A stretch of DNA of 64,000 nt from Mobula hypostoma (taxonomy: Eukaryota). Every line of letters starts with the position of its first letter. The first letter of the stretch is position 1. The notes under the pieces were generated by a model. It was not told the origin of the DNA, did not search any database, and worked only from the letters and a program-made list of their open reading frames with translations. Location of the stretch: positions 33,544,001-33,608,000 of the forward strand of contig NC_086108.1 of the NCBI RefSeq assembly GCF_963921235.1, read 5' to 3'. Of the stretch, positions 25,795-39,800 are shown in pieces. A program made the position numbers and the translations under genes.

Positions 25795-28240
25795 ATCCAT
25801 GAATTCCTCATCGGGAGACCACTGTCACTGCAGGTCAATAATACCATCTGCTAGCTGACAGCACAGGCACACCTCGAGGATGTGTTTTTAGCCCAATACA
25901 CTTGTGACTGCATAGCTAACCATATCTTAAACACCATTTATAAATTTGAGTATGATACCGCTGTTGTTGGCAAATCACAGATGATGATGAGAAGGCATAC
26001 ACAATTGAGATATATCAGTTGGTTGACTAGTGTTACAACAACAACTGTGCACTCAAAATCATCAAGACCATGAAATTGATTGTGGACTTCAGGAAAGGGA
26101 AGTTAGGAGGCACGCATCAATCCTCATTGACTGGTCAGCAATGGAAGGGATGAGCAACTTCAAGTTCCTGAGAAGAACATTTCAGAGGATCAATCCTGGA
26201 CCCAATATATTGATGCAATCATGAAAAAGGTATGGAGTGGCTATATTTCATTAGGAAATTTGATATGTCATCTAAGATAAATTTCTACATTTATAGAAAC
26301 ATAGAAAACATACAGCACCATACAGGTCCTTCGGCCCACAAAGCTGTGCCGAATATGTCCTTACCTTAGAAATTACCTAGCGTTACCCATAGTCCTCTAT
26401 TTTTCTGAGCTCCACCTACCTGTCCAGGAATCTCTTAAAAGACCCTATCGTTACCGCCTCCACCACCATCACCGTCAGCCCATTCCTCGCACTCACCACT
26501 CTCTGTGTAAAAAAACTTATCCCTGACATCTCCTCTGTACATACTTCCAAGCACCTTAAAACTGTGCCCTCTCATTCTAGCCTTTTCAGCCCTGGGAAAG
26601 CCTCTGACTATCCACAAGATCAACACCTCTCATCATCTTATACATCTCTATCAGGTCACCTCATCCTCCATCGCTCCAAGGAGAAAAGGCTGAGTTCACT
26701 CAATCTATTCTCATAAGGCATGCTCCCCAATCCAGGCCACATCCTTGTAAGTCTCCTCTGCATCCTTTCTATGGTTTCCACATCCTTCCTGTAGTGAGGC
26801 AACCAGAAATAAGCACAGTACTCCAAGTGGGGTCTGACCAGGGTCCTATATGGCTGCAACATTACCTCTCAGCTCCTAAATTCAATCCCACGATTGATGA
26901 AGGCCAATGCACCGTATGCTTTCTTAACCACAGAGTCAACCTGCACAGCAGCTTTGAGTGTCCTATGGGCTCGGACCCCAAAATCCCTCTGATCCTCCAC
27001 ACTGCAAGAGCTTTACCATTAATACTATATTCTGTCATCATATTTGACCCACCAAAATGAACCACCTCACACTTAACTGGGTTGAACTCCATCTGCCACT
27101 TCTCAGCCCAGTTTTATATCCTATCAATGTCCTGTTGTAACCTCTGACAGCCCTCCACACTATCCACAACACCTCCAACCTTTGTGTCATTAGCAAATTT
27201 ACTAAACCATCCCTCCATTTCTTCATTTATCCAGGTCATTTATAAAAATCACGAAGCGTCGGGGTCCCAGGACAGATCCCTGAGGCACACCACTGGTGAT
27301 CGACCTCCATGCAGAATATGACCCGTCTACAACCACTCTTTGCCTTCTGTGGGCAAGCTAGTTCTCGATTCACAAAGCAATGTCCCCTTGGATCCCATGC
27401 CTCCTTAAATTCTCAATAAGCCTTGCATGGGGTACCTTGTCAAATGCCTTGCTGAAATCCATATACACTACATCTAGTGCTCTTCCTTCATCAATGTTTT
27501 AGTCACATCCTCAACAAATTCAATCAGGCTCATAAGGCACAACCTGCCTTTCACAGTTATGCTGACTATTCCTAATCATATTATGCCTCTCCAAATGTTC
27601 ATAAATCCTGCCTCTCAGGATCTTCTCCATCAATTTACCAACCACATAAGTAAGACTCACTGGTCTATAATTTCCTGGGCTATCTCTACTCCCTTTCTTG
27701 AATAATAGAACATCCACAACCCTCCAATCCTCTGGAACCTCTCCCGTCCCCATTGATGATGCAAAGATCATTGCCAGAGGTTCAGCAATCTCCTCCCTCG
27801 CCTGTACAGTGGAGAGCATTCTGGTTGCATTACAGACTGATAAGGATGTTCGAATACACAGGATCAAAAGGGGTTTCTGTGGTGCCTGAAGAAGGTGGCA
27901 TCCATTCTCAAGGACCCTCACCATCTGGGACAAACCCTCTTCTCATCTTCTCATTACTACCATCTGGGAGGAGGTGTAGGAAACTTTTTTTTTATATTAT
28001 GAGGGCACTCAGTCCTCATTTATTGTCATTTAGGATGCACACTCAACATTTTGGGAATAGTTTCTTTGCTTCTGCCATCAGATTTCTGAGCAGACCATGA
28101 ACACTACCTCACTATTCCTCTTGCACTTTTTTATTTTTTATTGTGTTAGTAATTTGTCTTGCACCGTACTGCTACAACGAAGTAACAAATTTCACAACTT
28201 ACTGTATGTCAGTAGTCATAAACCTGATTCTGACTCTGAA
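25795..28240 (+). mobile_element. Degenerate Rex1/Babar LINE interrupted by a CR1 at 26293-27800
   Basis: YTCDC..IYKF and IVDFRK before the insertion. It resumes at 27801 with TGTACAGTGGAGAGCATTCTG. Tail AAACCTGATTCTGACTCTG. Confidence 0.7.
26293..27800 (-). mobile_element. CR1 LINE, 3' part, third subfamily, frameshifted
   Basis: PEDWR..PGNYRPVSLT, KCEVVHFG and RPHLEYC. TTTCTATG tail at about 26293. Confidence 0.9.
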
Positions 28241-28787
28241 AGACAACAAAACAACAGCTTGCAGTTAAGTTGTGCCTTAACTGTAGGGGGAAAAATCTCA
28301 AATCTTTTAACAAGACAATGAAAGCGCAGAGCAACAGATCTAGGTGTCAGGACAGGTGATTCAAAACGTATCCATAGAGTTCGGCTTTAAACAACAAAAG
28401 AAGTGAAGAGACTGAGAGTTTAGATAGGGGATTTCAAAATGGTCTTCATTTCTCAATTGTGATATTAGCCTGAATAGCAATCTGGGTTTTGCAATTTGAT
28501 TTGGATTCACAGCCTTCTCATTCTGGTGTTACATGCCCCTACCAAAATATTAATGCAAGTGACACCCATAATAATGTTAAACATTTAGCCTTACTTCAAA
28601 GATCTGTTGTTTTCCATGAATGTAAATAAATACATTATACATTCTAGTGTTTTTGGCTTTATTTTTCCAGAGGTAATTCCCATTTCTTCCTGGAGTAGAT
28701 TAGAAAATTTGACACCAACTAATAAGCATTTTATTGGCTTTTTTTTAGCATATCAGTGAGAAAGCTGCTCTTGCACTTCAAGAAAGT

Positions 28788-28885
28788 ACTCCTGCTGAAG
28801 GTTCTCGGCCTGAAACGTTGACTGTACTCTTTTCCATAGACGCTGTGTGGCCTGCTGAGCTCCTCCAGTATTTTGTGTGTGTTGG
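28788..28885 (+). mobile_element. Short Penelope-derived 3' remnant with a degenerate hammerhead
   Basis: CTGCTGAAG-GTTCTCGGCC-TGAAACGTTGACT, then the GCCTGCTGAG..TGTGTGTTG end shared with other copies. Confidence 0.6.
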
Positions 28886-28900
28886 TTAGGTGGTTACATT

Positions 28901-30144
28901 TGTAACTAGTAGAGTGGATAGGGGAGAACCAGTGGATGTGGTATATTTGGATTTTCAAAAGGCTTTTGACAAGGTCCCACACAGGAGATTAGTGTGCAAA
29001 CTTAAAGCACACGGTATTGGGGGTAAGGTATTGGTGTGGGTGGAGAATTGGTTAGCAGACAGGAAGCAAAGAGTGAGAATAAACGGGACCTTTTCAGAAT
29101 GGCAGGCGGTGACTAGTGGGGTACCGCAAGGCTCAGTGCTGGGACCCCAGTTGTTTACAATATATATTAATGACTTGGATGAGGGAATTAAATGCAGCAT
29201 CTCCAAGTTTGCGGATGACACGAAGCTGGGTGGCAGTGTTAGCAGTGAGGAGGATGCTAAGAGGATGCAGGGTGACTTGGATAGGTTGGGTGAGTGGGCA
29301 AACTCATGGCAGATGCAATTTAATGTGGATAAATGTGAAGTTATCCACTTTGGTGGCAAAAATAGGAAAACAGATTATTATCTGAATGGTGGCCGATTAG
29401 GAAAAAGGGAGGTGCAACGAGACCTGGGTGTCATTATACACCAGTCATTGAAAGTGGGCATGCAGGTACAGCAGGCGGTGAAAAAGGCGAATGGTATGCT
29501 GGCATTTATAGCAAGAGGATTCGAGTACAGGAGCAGAGAGGTACTACTGCAGTTGTACAAGGCCTTGGTGAGACCACACCTGGAGTATTGTGTGCAGTTT
29601 TGGTCCCCTAATCTGAGGAAAGACATCTTTGCCATAGAGGGAGTACAAAGAAGGTTCACCAGATTGATTCCTGGGATGGCAGGACTTTCATATGAAGAAA
29701 GACTGGATGAACTGGGCTTGTACTCGTTGGAATTTAGAAGATTGAGAGGGGATCTGATTGAAACGTATAAGATCCTAAAGGGATTGGACAGGCTAGATGC
29801 AGGAAGATTGTTCCCGATGTTGGGGAAGTTCAGAACGAGGGGTCACAGTTTGAGGATAGAGGGGAAGCCTTTTAGGACCGAGATTAGGAAAAACTTCTTC
29901 ACACAGAGAGTGGTGAATCTGTGGAATTCTCTGCCACAGGAAACTGTTGAGGCCTGTTCATTGGCTATGTTTAAGAGGGAGTTAGATATGGCCCTTGTGG
30001 CTACAGGGGTCAGGGGGTATGGAGGGAAGGCTGGGGCGGGGTTCTGAGTTGGATGATCAGCCATGATCATAATAAATGGCGGTGCAGGCTCGAAGGGCCA
30101 AATGGCCTACTCCTGCACCTATTTTCTATGTTTCTATGTTTCTA
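28901..30144 (+). mobile_element. CR1 LINE, 3' part, same young subfamily as 1-1161 and 4682-7430
   Basis: Open RT frame to 30047. GGTGCAGG..CCTGCACC stem and (TTCTATGT)n tail. Confidence 0.95.
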
Positions 30145-30494
30145 TATAGTGGCTTCCATGGCCTCAAAATGGTACTCAGAATCTTCACCTCCAAATTTTT
30201 AATTATTTGTGATACCCCAATGGTCATACAACAGTAGTTAAGTAGAAGGGCATAGATAATTTCTTTATTTTAACAAAATAGTCCTGCCTTTAGCTGGTGT
30301 TTGGGATTAAACTATTGATGTATGCATTTACTAGTTGGTGAAATTAACATCTACAAGCATTTGTTCTGCTCAAATTCTAAATTGGTACAATAAATAATTT
30401 GATGTAGATAATTAAATAGTTTACCACAAATAAAAGCCAGAAGGCCAGAAGTGATTTTTTTTAAGCAGAAAACTATTTTTAAAAAATTGAACAA

Positions 30495-30965
30495 AATCAG
30501 CGCAGGCACCTAGATAATGGTCTGCCTTCATATAATGCTTTCAATGACTGCATCCTCCAAATCTTCATTTTCATTATAACATTCAAGGTGATTGTTGATG
30601 CTTTCAGATTCTTCATAGTTCCTAACTTGAAGTAGTGAAATAATTTCATTTTCACTCCCAGCTGTTTCCGGCATCTCCAAGTCTGAATGCTTTAAACTGC
30701 AGTGAGCAAAACAGTTCTGAATTTCCCTATTCTCACCAACTTTCAGTTACAAAATTAACTAATTTTGAACAGAAACAGACGCAACTGATTTTATTTAAAA
30801 CTGTTCACTCTAAACACGGTGTAGTGTCTAATGACCACACAAATGCACATGAATGATGCTACTTACAAACAGTTCAGTAACAGTCCCCTGTCCCAATTAA
30901 GTGAAAGGGAATTAAGCCATTTGCTCAATTAGTTTTTGTTCTTTTAGAATTGTCCTAAATAAGTG
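30495..30965. mobile_element. Tigger/pogo-like non-autonomous element fragment
   Basis: Homologous to 39427-39797 and, in reverse, to the pieces within 14037-17600. Confidence 0.55.
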
Positions 30966-31039
30966 ATGGAGGATGAGAGGTGACCTAATAGAGGTATATA
31001 AGATAATGAGAGGCGTTGATCGTGTGGATAGTCAGAGGC

Positions 31040-32208
31040 AGTGAAAGACATCCAGACATTGAAGAGTGTCAGGGAAGTGAAGTATGTGCAGTGAAAATTA
31101 TGACTGAGAAGGTGCTCAGGAAGATGAATGGTCTGAGGGTGGATAAATCTCCTGGACCTGATGGAATGCACCCTCGGGTTCTGAAGGAAGTAGTTGGAGA
31201 GATTGCGGAGGCATTAATGATGATCTTTCAAGAATTGATAAGATTCTGGCATTGTACCGGATGACTGGAAAATTGCAAATGTTACTCCGCTATTTAAGAA
31301 GGGTGGGAGGCAGCAGAAAGGAAACTATAGACCAGTTAGTCTGACATCAGTGGTTGGGAAGTAGTTGAAATCGATTTTTAGAGATGAGATTACAAAGTAC
31401 CTGGAAGCACATGACAAGATAGGCTGAAGCCAGCATGGTTTCCTGAAAGGAAGATCCTGTCTGACTAACCTACTGCAATTTTTTTGAAGAAATTACAAGC
31501 AGGGTAAGACAAAGGAGATGCAATGGATGTGGTGTACTTGGATTTTCAGAAGGCCTTTGAAAAGGTGCCACACATGATGCTGCTCAGCAAGATAAGAGCC
31601 CATAGAATTACAGGGAAGTTACCAGCATGGGTGAGCATTGGTTGATTGGCAGAAAACAGAGAATGGGAATAAAGGGATCCTGTTCTGGCTGGCTGCTGGT
31701 TACCAGTGGAATTCCACAGGGGTCAGTGTTGGGACCACTGCTTTTTACGATGTATGTCAGTGATTTGGACTATGGGATAAATGAATCTGTGGTTAAATTT
31801 GCAAATGATACAAAGATAGGTGGAGGAGCAGATAGTGTTGAGGAAACGGAGATACTTAGATAGTTTAGGGGAACGGGCAAAGAAGTGGCAAATGAAACAC
31901 AATGTTGGAAAGTGTATACTTTCCAACATACACTTTGGTGGAAGAAATAAATAGGCAGACTATTACTTAGATGGGGAGAGAATTCAAAATGCTGTGACGC
32001 AAAGGGACTTGGGAATCCTTGTGCAGGATACCCTAAAGGTTAACCTCCAGGTTGAGCTGGTGGTGAAGAAGGCAAATGCAATGTTGCCATTCATTTCTGG
32101 AGATATAGAATTTAAGAGCAGAGATGTGATGTTGAGGCTCTATAAGGCACTCGTGAGACCTCACTTGGAGAACTGTGTGAAGTTTTGGGCTCCTTATTTT
32201 AGAAAGGA
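31040..32208 (+). mobile_element. CR1 LINE RT fragment, degenerate
   Basis: [25 protein letters not shown] and RPHLENC. Confidence 0.88.
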
Positions 32209-34214
32209 TTAGATTAGATTAGTTTATGAGGACACGCAGTCCTCTTTTATTGTCATTTAGTAATGCATGCATTAAGAAATGATACAATGTTCCTCCGGTG
32301 TGATATCACAAAATACAGGACAGACCAAGACTGAAGAACTGACAAAAATCACATAATTGTAACATATAGTTACAGCAGTGCAAGCAATACCGTAACTTGT
32401 TCGGCCATGGGCACAGTAAAAAAAGTTCAAAGTCTCTCAAAAGTCCCATGATCTCACGCAGATGGGAGAAGGAAGAAAAAAAACTCTCCCTGCCATGAGT
32501 TTCCAGCGCCGCAAACTTGCCAATGCAGCATCCTGGAAGCACCCAACCACAGTCCGACTCTGAGTTGTCCGAAAACTTCGAGCCTCCGACCAGCCCTCCG
32601 ACACCGAGCACCATCTCTGCCGAGCGCTTCGACCCCAGCCCCGGCCGCCAGCAACAGGCAAAGCCGAGGATTTGGGGGCCTCCGGAGATTTTCGATCGCA
32701 CAGTAGCAGCGGCAGCAAACCGGGCATTTCAGAAGTTTCTCCTGTCACCTACCCCGTGACAGGGATAAAGAAACCAGCAGAAATAAAAACCACTTTGGAG
32801 TCTAGTATTGCTATAAACTAATAATATTTATTAATAACTACACAATACAGTAAATATAAATGTGAATAAATCAAACAGGTTAGCAATGATTATATATAAA
32901 AGTAAGTGTGGAATATATATGTATGAAAACCAAGCTTCTTTAAGTCTGGGGGTAAAAAGATACAGTCTTACAATGCTGAGTAAAGTTCAGTTCGTGGTAT
33001 TTAGTTGAGTAGTGATGGGGGGAGAGAGGGGGAGGAGAGGGGGGGGAGAGAGGGAAGAGTCGAGTCTTCAGGTGAGCTGATGCCGTCGATCTTCTTGTCG
33101 TCCTTCGAAATCCTTTACAAGTCACCGGTCACCGACTGTGACTTTAACCAGGGGGACCAGTTTTCCTGTGGTGGAGCCATCACCTCGGCAAGGGTAGACA
33201 CATAGACAACTCCCCACCAGTCAACCCCTTCTTCACCGTTGGAATATCAATTTGGATCGATCCGCCTCATCGATCCTTCAAAACTCACTTTCTCTGCGGG
33301 CACAACAATGCTCATTCAGTGTCCAGATCATGTGTCTGAAGTCACCCTAAATTAATATTTATTAATAACTACACAATACAGTAAATATAAATGTAAATAA
33401 ATCAAACAAGTTAGCAATGATTATATATAAAAGTAAGTGTGGAATATGTATGTATGAAAACCAAGCTTCTTTAAGTCTAGGGGTAAAAAGATACAGTCTT
33501 ACAATGCTGAGTCAAGTTCAGTTCAGTTTGTGGTATTTAGTTGAGTAGCAATGGGGGGGGGGAGAGGGGAGGGGGAGGGGTCTTCAGGTGAGCTGATGCT
33601 GTCGATCTTCTCGTCGTCCTCCGAAATCCTTTACAAGTCACCGATTGTGACTTTAACCAGGGGGACCGGTTTTCCTGTGGTGGAGCTATCACCCCGGGCA
33701 AGGGTGGACACATAGACAACTCCCCACCAGTCAACCCCTTCACCACCGTTGAAATAGTAATTTGCATTGATCCTCCAAAACCCACTTTCTCTGCGAGCAC
33801 AACAATGCTCATTCAGTGTCCAGATCATGTGTCTGAAGTCTGTACCAATGCACAAGCAGGCAACAAATCCTTGAAAGTAACTTCAACAACCTGCCTTCAG
33901 TCACCATAGCAACTTTCCAGCTGCTCGGGGCTGTCTCTAAACCCAACTCAGTAGAAATCCAAAGTTACTTCCAATGCCTTAAAGTGACAGTCCAACCGTT
34001 AATCTTCATCTCTCTCTCTTTTTTCAAAAGCAACATATCGGTGGTAAATAACTCTCTCTCTCTTCAAAAGCACAGTTAATAGGGGCAATCCTGGATTCCC
34101 TCACACTCCAGATGTTCCTCCGTGCTTCTCACGTCTGTCTCCAACAAAACAGAATTTTGCACAGCCCCCTATTTAACAAATACGATATTTCACCGGAGAG
34201 GCCACACGCGCTGC
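32209..34214 (-). mobile_element. SINE-like retroposon, copy 2, interrupted by a solo LTR
   Basis: 32209-32742 plus 34110-34214 are collinear with 2142-2795. Confidence 0.75.
32743..34105 (-). mobile_element. Solo LTR (Gypsy/ERV-like) with an internal tandem duplication of about 500 bp
   Basis: TGT...ACA termini and a 4-bp TSD CTCC (32739-32742 and 34106-34109). Host sequence resumes exactly. Duplicated units at about 32820-33343 and 33350-33840. Confidence 0.8.
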
Positions 34215-35132
34215 AGAGAAGACAGGAGGGGGAGGAATAGAGCCAAGAGCTGGACAGGTGATAGGCAAAAGGGATACGAGAGGATCATGGGACAGGAGGT
34301 CCGGGAAGAAAGACGGGGGGGGGCAGAGGATGGGTAAGGGGTATATTCAGAGGGACAGAGGGAGAAAAAGGAGTGTGAGAGAAAGAATGTGTGTATAAAA
34401 ATAAGTAACAGATGGGGTACGAGGGGGAGGTGGGGCATTAGCAGATGTTTGAGAAGTCAATGTTCATGCCATCAGGTTGGAGGCTACCCAGACGGAATAT
34501 AAGGTGTTGTTCCTCCAGCCTGAGTGTGGCTTCATCTTTACAGTAGAGGAGGCCGTGGATAGACATGTCAGAATGGGAATGGGACGTGGAATTAAAATGT
34601 GTGGCCACTGGGAGATCCTGCCTTCTCTGGCGGACAGAGCGTAGGTGTTCAGCAAAGCGGTCTCCCAGTCTGCGTCGGGTCTCGCCAATATATAAAAGGC
34701 CACATCGGGAGCACCGGACGCAGTACCGTACCCCACCTGTTACTCATTTTTATGCACACATTCTTTCTCTCAGTCTCCTTTTTCTCCCTCTGTCCCTCTG
34801 AATATACCTCTTGCCCATCCTCTGGGTTCCCCCCCCCACCGTCTTTCTTCCCGGACCTCCTGTCCCATGATCCTCTCGTATCCCCTTTTGCCTATCACCT
34901 GTCCAGCTCTTGGCTCCATCCCTCCCCCTCCTGTCTTCTCCTATCATTTTGGATCTCCCCCTCCAACTTTCAAATCCCTTACTCACTCTTCCTTCAGTTA
35001 GTCCTGACGAAGGGTCTCGGCCTGAAACATCGACTGCACCTCTTCCTACAGATACTGCCTGGCCTGCTGCGTTCACCAGCAACTTTGATGTGCGTTGCTT
35101 GAATTTCCAGCACCTGCAGAATTCCTGTTGTT
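34215..35132. mobile_element. Penelope-like inverted insertion, left arm truncated
   Basis: Minus arm with GIY-YIG (CGLLYIGETRRRLG) to about 34725, then plus pseudo-LTR with a hammerhead variant at 35000-35035. Confidence 0.88.
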
Positions 35133-36563
35133 TAAGATCGAAATCCTTGCTCAGGCACGGTTTAATTGTAGTAGTTACAAATGCTACTGGGTGCCAAGTC
35201 ATTGAGGCAGATCAGCCTGCTGTTCTTGAGTACCAGTATGATTGGTGCCCTTTTGAAGTGGGGGGGCCTCCAATGCAGCAATGCCAGGTTGGACTTGAGC
35301 CAGTCGGTTGGCACAGGTTTTCAGCACCTTTCCAGATACACCATTGAGCCTGGTGCCTTGCCAGGTTTCACGCTCTTGAAGGATGTTCTGATGTTGGCCT
35401 CTGAGACAGAATGATATCTGACGTGATATTGCACTGATGTCTAAATGTAAAACAAAGCTGTGGCAAAAGAGTGTAAGTTTTCTCAGTGTCCTTGTACACA
35501 TCATTCCTTGGGCAAGCATGATAAGGTAACTGACTTCTTACTATTATTGCTCCTCCAATGTTCTCTGCTAGACACACCAGTCATAACTACGATCATATGG
35601 ACCATGACAAAAATAAATTCATCACTATTGTAAATTACCATACTTTAAGACTTTTGTTTACAGACAATAACCATAACTGATTAATGTTTCCTACTCTCAG
35701 AAAGTTCAGACACTAAAATCTATTAGGAAGGATTAGCTTAGAAATAATTCAGCATTTTCCTTCTCATTACCAACTATTCCGGGAATGCATCCCTTAGCAA
35801 ATCTTATTAAAAATGTTAGTGTTTCTCCACATTAATTTTATACTCAATCTTAAATTAAAACACAAATTCCAATATTTCAGACCACTGTTGTCCATGGATT
35901 TCAGAACTGTGATCAAGCCAGTTCTGCCCCAGGAACAGCACATCCATTCATTTCACATGGACAAGTATAATCACTTGGATTCTGATTAAGTATTAGGGAA
36001 TGTATAATTAGAGATGACTTCATGTCTTTCTTTTAATGTTTAAGTCTTTAATAGTTTTCACTATAAATGTTTTTGCATTGTGGTGTATCATTTAGATAGA
36101 TATTAAGGGTATTTTTTTTTAGTGGTTTTACTTCCTGGTCATGCTGCTCCCTCCCAGTGCAATGACATTGCACCAAGAAAGTCCTGCTGCCTCACAGGAC
36201 TTCAGTATTTGCCTTGGTCAATGGCCAAGATGTACAGGTATGGCTCACAACAGCAGGAAATTCTACTCCACTTAATCAGGAACGTGATTAATTATTCAAC
36301 TGTGACTATTAGCATATAAACATTGTACCAACATACATGGAATTTTGTAGTAATAGATAATAAAACATAGAGTTACTCACATTTCTATTGAAATACTTAA
36401 ACTGTTTTTAGTTGAACTAAACACAGGGTTTATCTCACAACAACATAGAAGGAAGCTACTCAGTCCATTTGGGTCCATGCCAACTCCCAAGTAAGCAATA
36501 CCATCAGTCCTATTCCCTTTCTTACTTCCCTGTATCCCAAACCTACCTACCCGCCTATCTATA

Positions 36564-36564
<1 letters not shown>

Positions 36565-36606
<42 letters not shown>

Positions 36607-36631
36607 CACACACGCACACACACACGCACAC
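36565..36631. repeat. (CA)n microsatellite, probably in the hsd17b7 3' UTR
   Basis: Run of CA with a few CG interruptions, about 140 nt past the stop codon. Confidence 0.95.
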
Positions 36632-36771
36632 GTATGTGGAGATATAAAGCTGACAGGGAATATAAAGTTGAGATTCCTAAAATATACTATTTTAAAATGG
36701 TACATGACATACAAATCCCATTTTTAAAAGAGTAGTTTCCAAATGCCCCCATTACAAATTGGTACAATATG

Positions 36772-36873
36772 CTAGCCATTGTCCCCAGTTTTCTGAATGT
36801 TTGCTTTCATCTTGCTTTCAAGCTTCAGCATTTCTTGATAAAATATTTCAGCTGTTTCAATGTCAATGTCCAT
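36772..36873 (-). CDS. hsd17b7: hsd17b7 exon 9, coding part ([33 protein letters not shown])
   Basis: Poly-T-ctag acceptor, TAG stop at 36772-36774. Resembles the human C-terminus MDLDEDTAEKFYQKLLELE. Confidence 0.94.
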   Translation of the reverse strand: MDIDIETAEIFYQEMLKLESKMKANIQKTGDNG

Positions 36874-39800
36874 CTAGAAAAAAAAACAAGTAGTACGATA
36901 ACTCAAAGGAAACTTTACAGACAAACCAACCATACAAAAATAAAAATAAAAGCATTGCTAGCCATTGTGAATGAACAATAACAATGTTTTTAGTTGATGG
37001 GAACAATTTACCAGGTAGTAAAGTAGTTCTTCAACTATTTAGAATAACACAATGGCAAATCAGAAACTCCATCATGCATGAAAGAGTTAAGTTTTGTCAT
37101 ATCCAAATTTGCAGTCTTCACTTTACTTAAATCTGATCTTATAAACTTTAATGCCAAAATATTGTACTGCTCATGAAAGATCTAATTAAATGGTACAGCA
37201 ACATCTGTTGTATTTTTGTTATTAGGCAGATACCTAACCTTGTATTGGGCAACATAATTACTTCCTAATCCAGATGTGCAGCTATGGTATTTCACCAGTG
37301 GATCCAATGACTCTGGCTTCTGTGTGAACAACCAAACCTAGAAAATTAAAAATGATCAGAAATGGAATGAGAAACTGAATGGGACTTGTTTTAATTACAC
37401 AAACCAAATGGAAATTTTGAAATAAAATGCAACAGTTTCTCCTGCAGTGACATAGTCGCTCCAACTAAAATAATCTACATTCTCCAGTTTCTGATTTCTT
37501 CCCAAAAAATCCTCATAAACTGAGTACTATTAGTTTACATACATATTCTAATTCATTTTACTGATTTATTGAGAGATTGTAAAAGGATAGAGGGCAAATA
37601 ATCTTATGTAAATTTAGTGTGTGGAACAGAGATCACAGAGCTGGAGGAAGATTTCCTCTCTAAATGCATTAACGGCAGCAGACCACTCTCATGTCTTTGA
37701 GCAATATACTGTGTAATGATTTTATCCGTATGCAAGATATACCTGACAAGCTTTTCACTGTATCTCTGTAAATGAATATTAAAGCAATACCAACAGTGGA
37801 AACTGAGGAGCAGAACAAATATACATAGCTGGAATTCTGGCCCAGGAAGTTTAAAAGATAAAATAAAATCAATGTACCCTGGAATAAAATTACTTTTTCA
37901 TTTCAAAGTAATAAACTGTTTCAAATGGGAGCACAGTGTGCAGCTGATGGAGCTGCTGCTTTGCAGCCCAAGTGACTCAGGTTCAGTCTTGATTTCCAGT
38001 GCTTTCTATATGGTGTTGGCACATTTTCTTGTTACCATATGTGCATCAGTTTCCTCACACATCTCAAAGAACTGTGGCTTGCTAGGTTAATTGCTCTGTA
38101 TGTAACCGGCCATATAATCTTAGAAAGTTGAGGGCAATATCGATAAAATAAAATGTAATTAGTGTAAGTAGGTGCTTGATGGTTGGCATGGAGTCAAAAG
38201 GCCAAAGAACAAATTTCCATGTTTTATGATTATGAATTATTTCAGGTTACAAGTCATTTTTTAATTGTTCATTCATGGAATGTAGCTGTCACTGGTGATA
38301 ATCAGCATTCATTGTCCATCTTTAGCTCCCCAAATTGAGTGATTCATAAGGTCATTTTAGAGGGTAGTTAAGGCCAACTTGGGCCCAAGTTAATTATAGA
38401 CTAAATCTGGTAAGATCAGGTTTTTACAATAATTAGGTAGTTTCATGTTCATCATTACTTAGAGATTTTAGTTAAATACTTGAATTTAAATTCACCAGCA
38501 TTCATATTACCAGTACGACAATCCAATCTAGTAATCACTATACTAATTCAGAGAAGTATTGCACTGTGTAGGGAGAAGGTGTACCATTGCAACAGAATTT
38601 ATACCATCTTATACTGACATGTCTAGAATTTCCTGTGAAAAGTTACACAATTAAGCATAAACCATCAAGAGTAACATCACTGCATAATTGTACCTACATT
38701 AGTTTTTAATGACGGTCCATGAAAAAAATGAAACATTTGTAAACAAAATAATTATTTTTGTTCCATATAACAAATATATTATGTTGCACAGAAACAAAAG
38801 GATTTACCAAATGAAATTGGTATTTCATTTGCACACTACAGGTATGGTGTTGAATATTTGTGAATCGGTTAATGAAGGTATCCCTGAGGAATTACCTGAC
38901 ACAGCTCCATTGGGCAATTTGATTTGCATTGTATACAAAAGAAATGACTTTTGGAAATAAATTGTAACCTGTAACAACATTAAAACCTTATTGGATTTTA
39001 AATGTTATGACATCCACATTAATAAACAATATTTTTAAGTAATTGTAATTTATTTTCCCTACCAACTACATACCATTGCTTCTGTTCCATTATATGGGTT
39101 CAAAGTAAATGAATTTGTAAATATACGGATCTGGAGAAAAGAACAAGTTGAAGAAATATTAGTAAAACTGTGAACAGTACAAGCAGCCAATCTGAATGGA
39201 CTGAAAATGCACAAGACATTCCACTCACCAGCCACATAAAGGGTGTTAAAATTGTCCATAAGATGGGGGGAAAAATGCCATAGGTCAAATTTGTCATCAC
39301 AAGTCCTGGGCATACCACACTGGAAAACAGACCCTGCAAACAAGAGAACAATTTTGGAGAGAGAGAGAGTGAGAGGGAGACAGCATAGGAGGGGGATGCG
39401 AGGGGGCGAGGTTCACAACTCTGGTATCATTTTCACTTTTGGATGTTTCTGGCATTTCCAAGCCTGAATGCTTCAAACAGCAGTGAACAAAACAGTTCCG
39501 AATTGTCTTACTGTTTACTTCTCGTCAACTATCAGTGACAAAAATCACTGCTTTTTGGATAACAACTGACACTATTTAAAAACTGTTCACTCTAAGCACA
39601 GTGTAGTGTCCAACAGCTGTGCAAGTGTATGCGATCTATGCCAGTTAGAAACTGTTCGGCAACAGTCTCCTGCCTGAATTAAGCTGGTAGTATCCCAAAT
39701 AAATGAATGCAATCTTGGTTATTTTCCCAATTTAGTTCATTTTCTTTAAAAGTTGTCCCAAATAAATAGCTGCCCCAATTAACCAGAATCCACTGTATAT

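Noticed and set aside
36032..36052. ATTAAA hexamers on minus as the hsd17b7 polyadenylation signal
   Set aside because: Plausible, but such hexamers are common in AT-rich DNA and cannot be assigned without transcript data.
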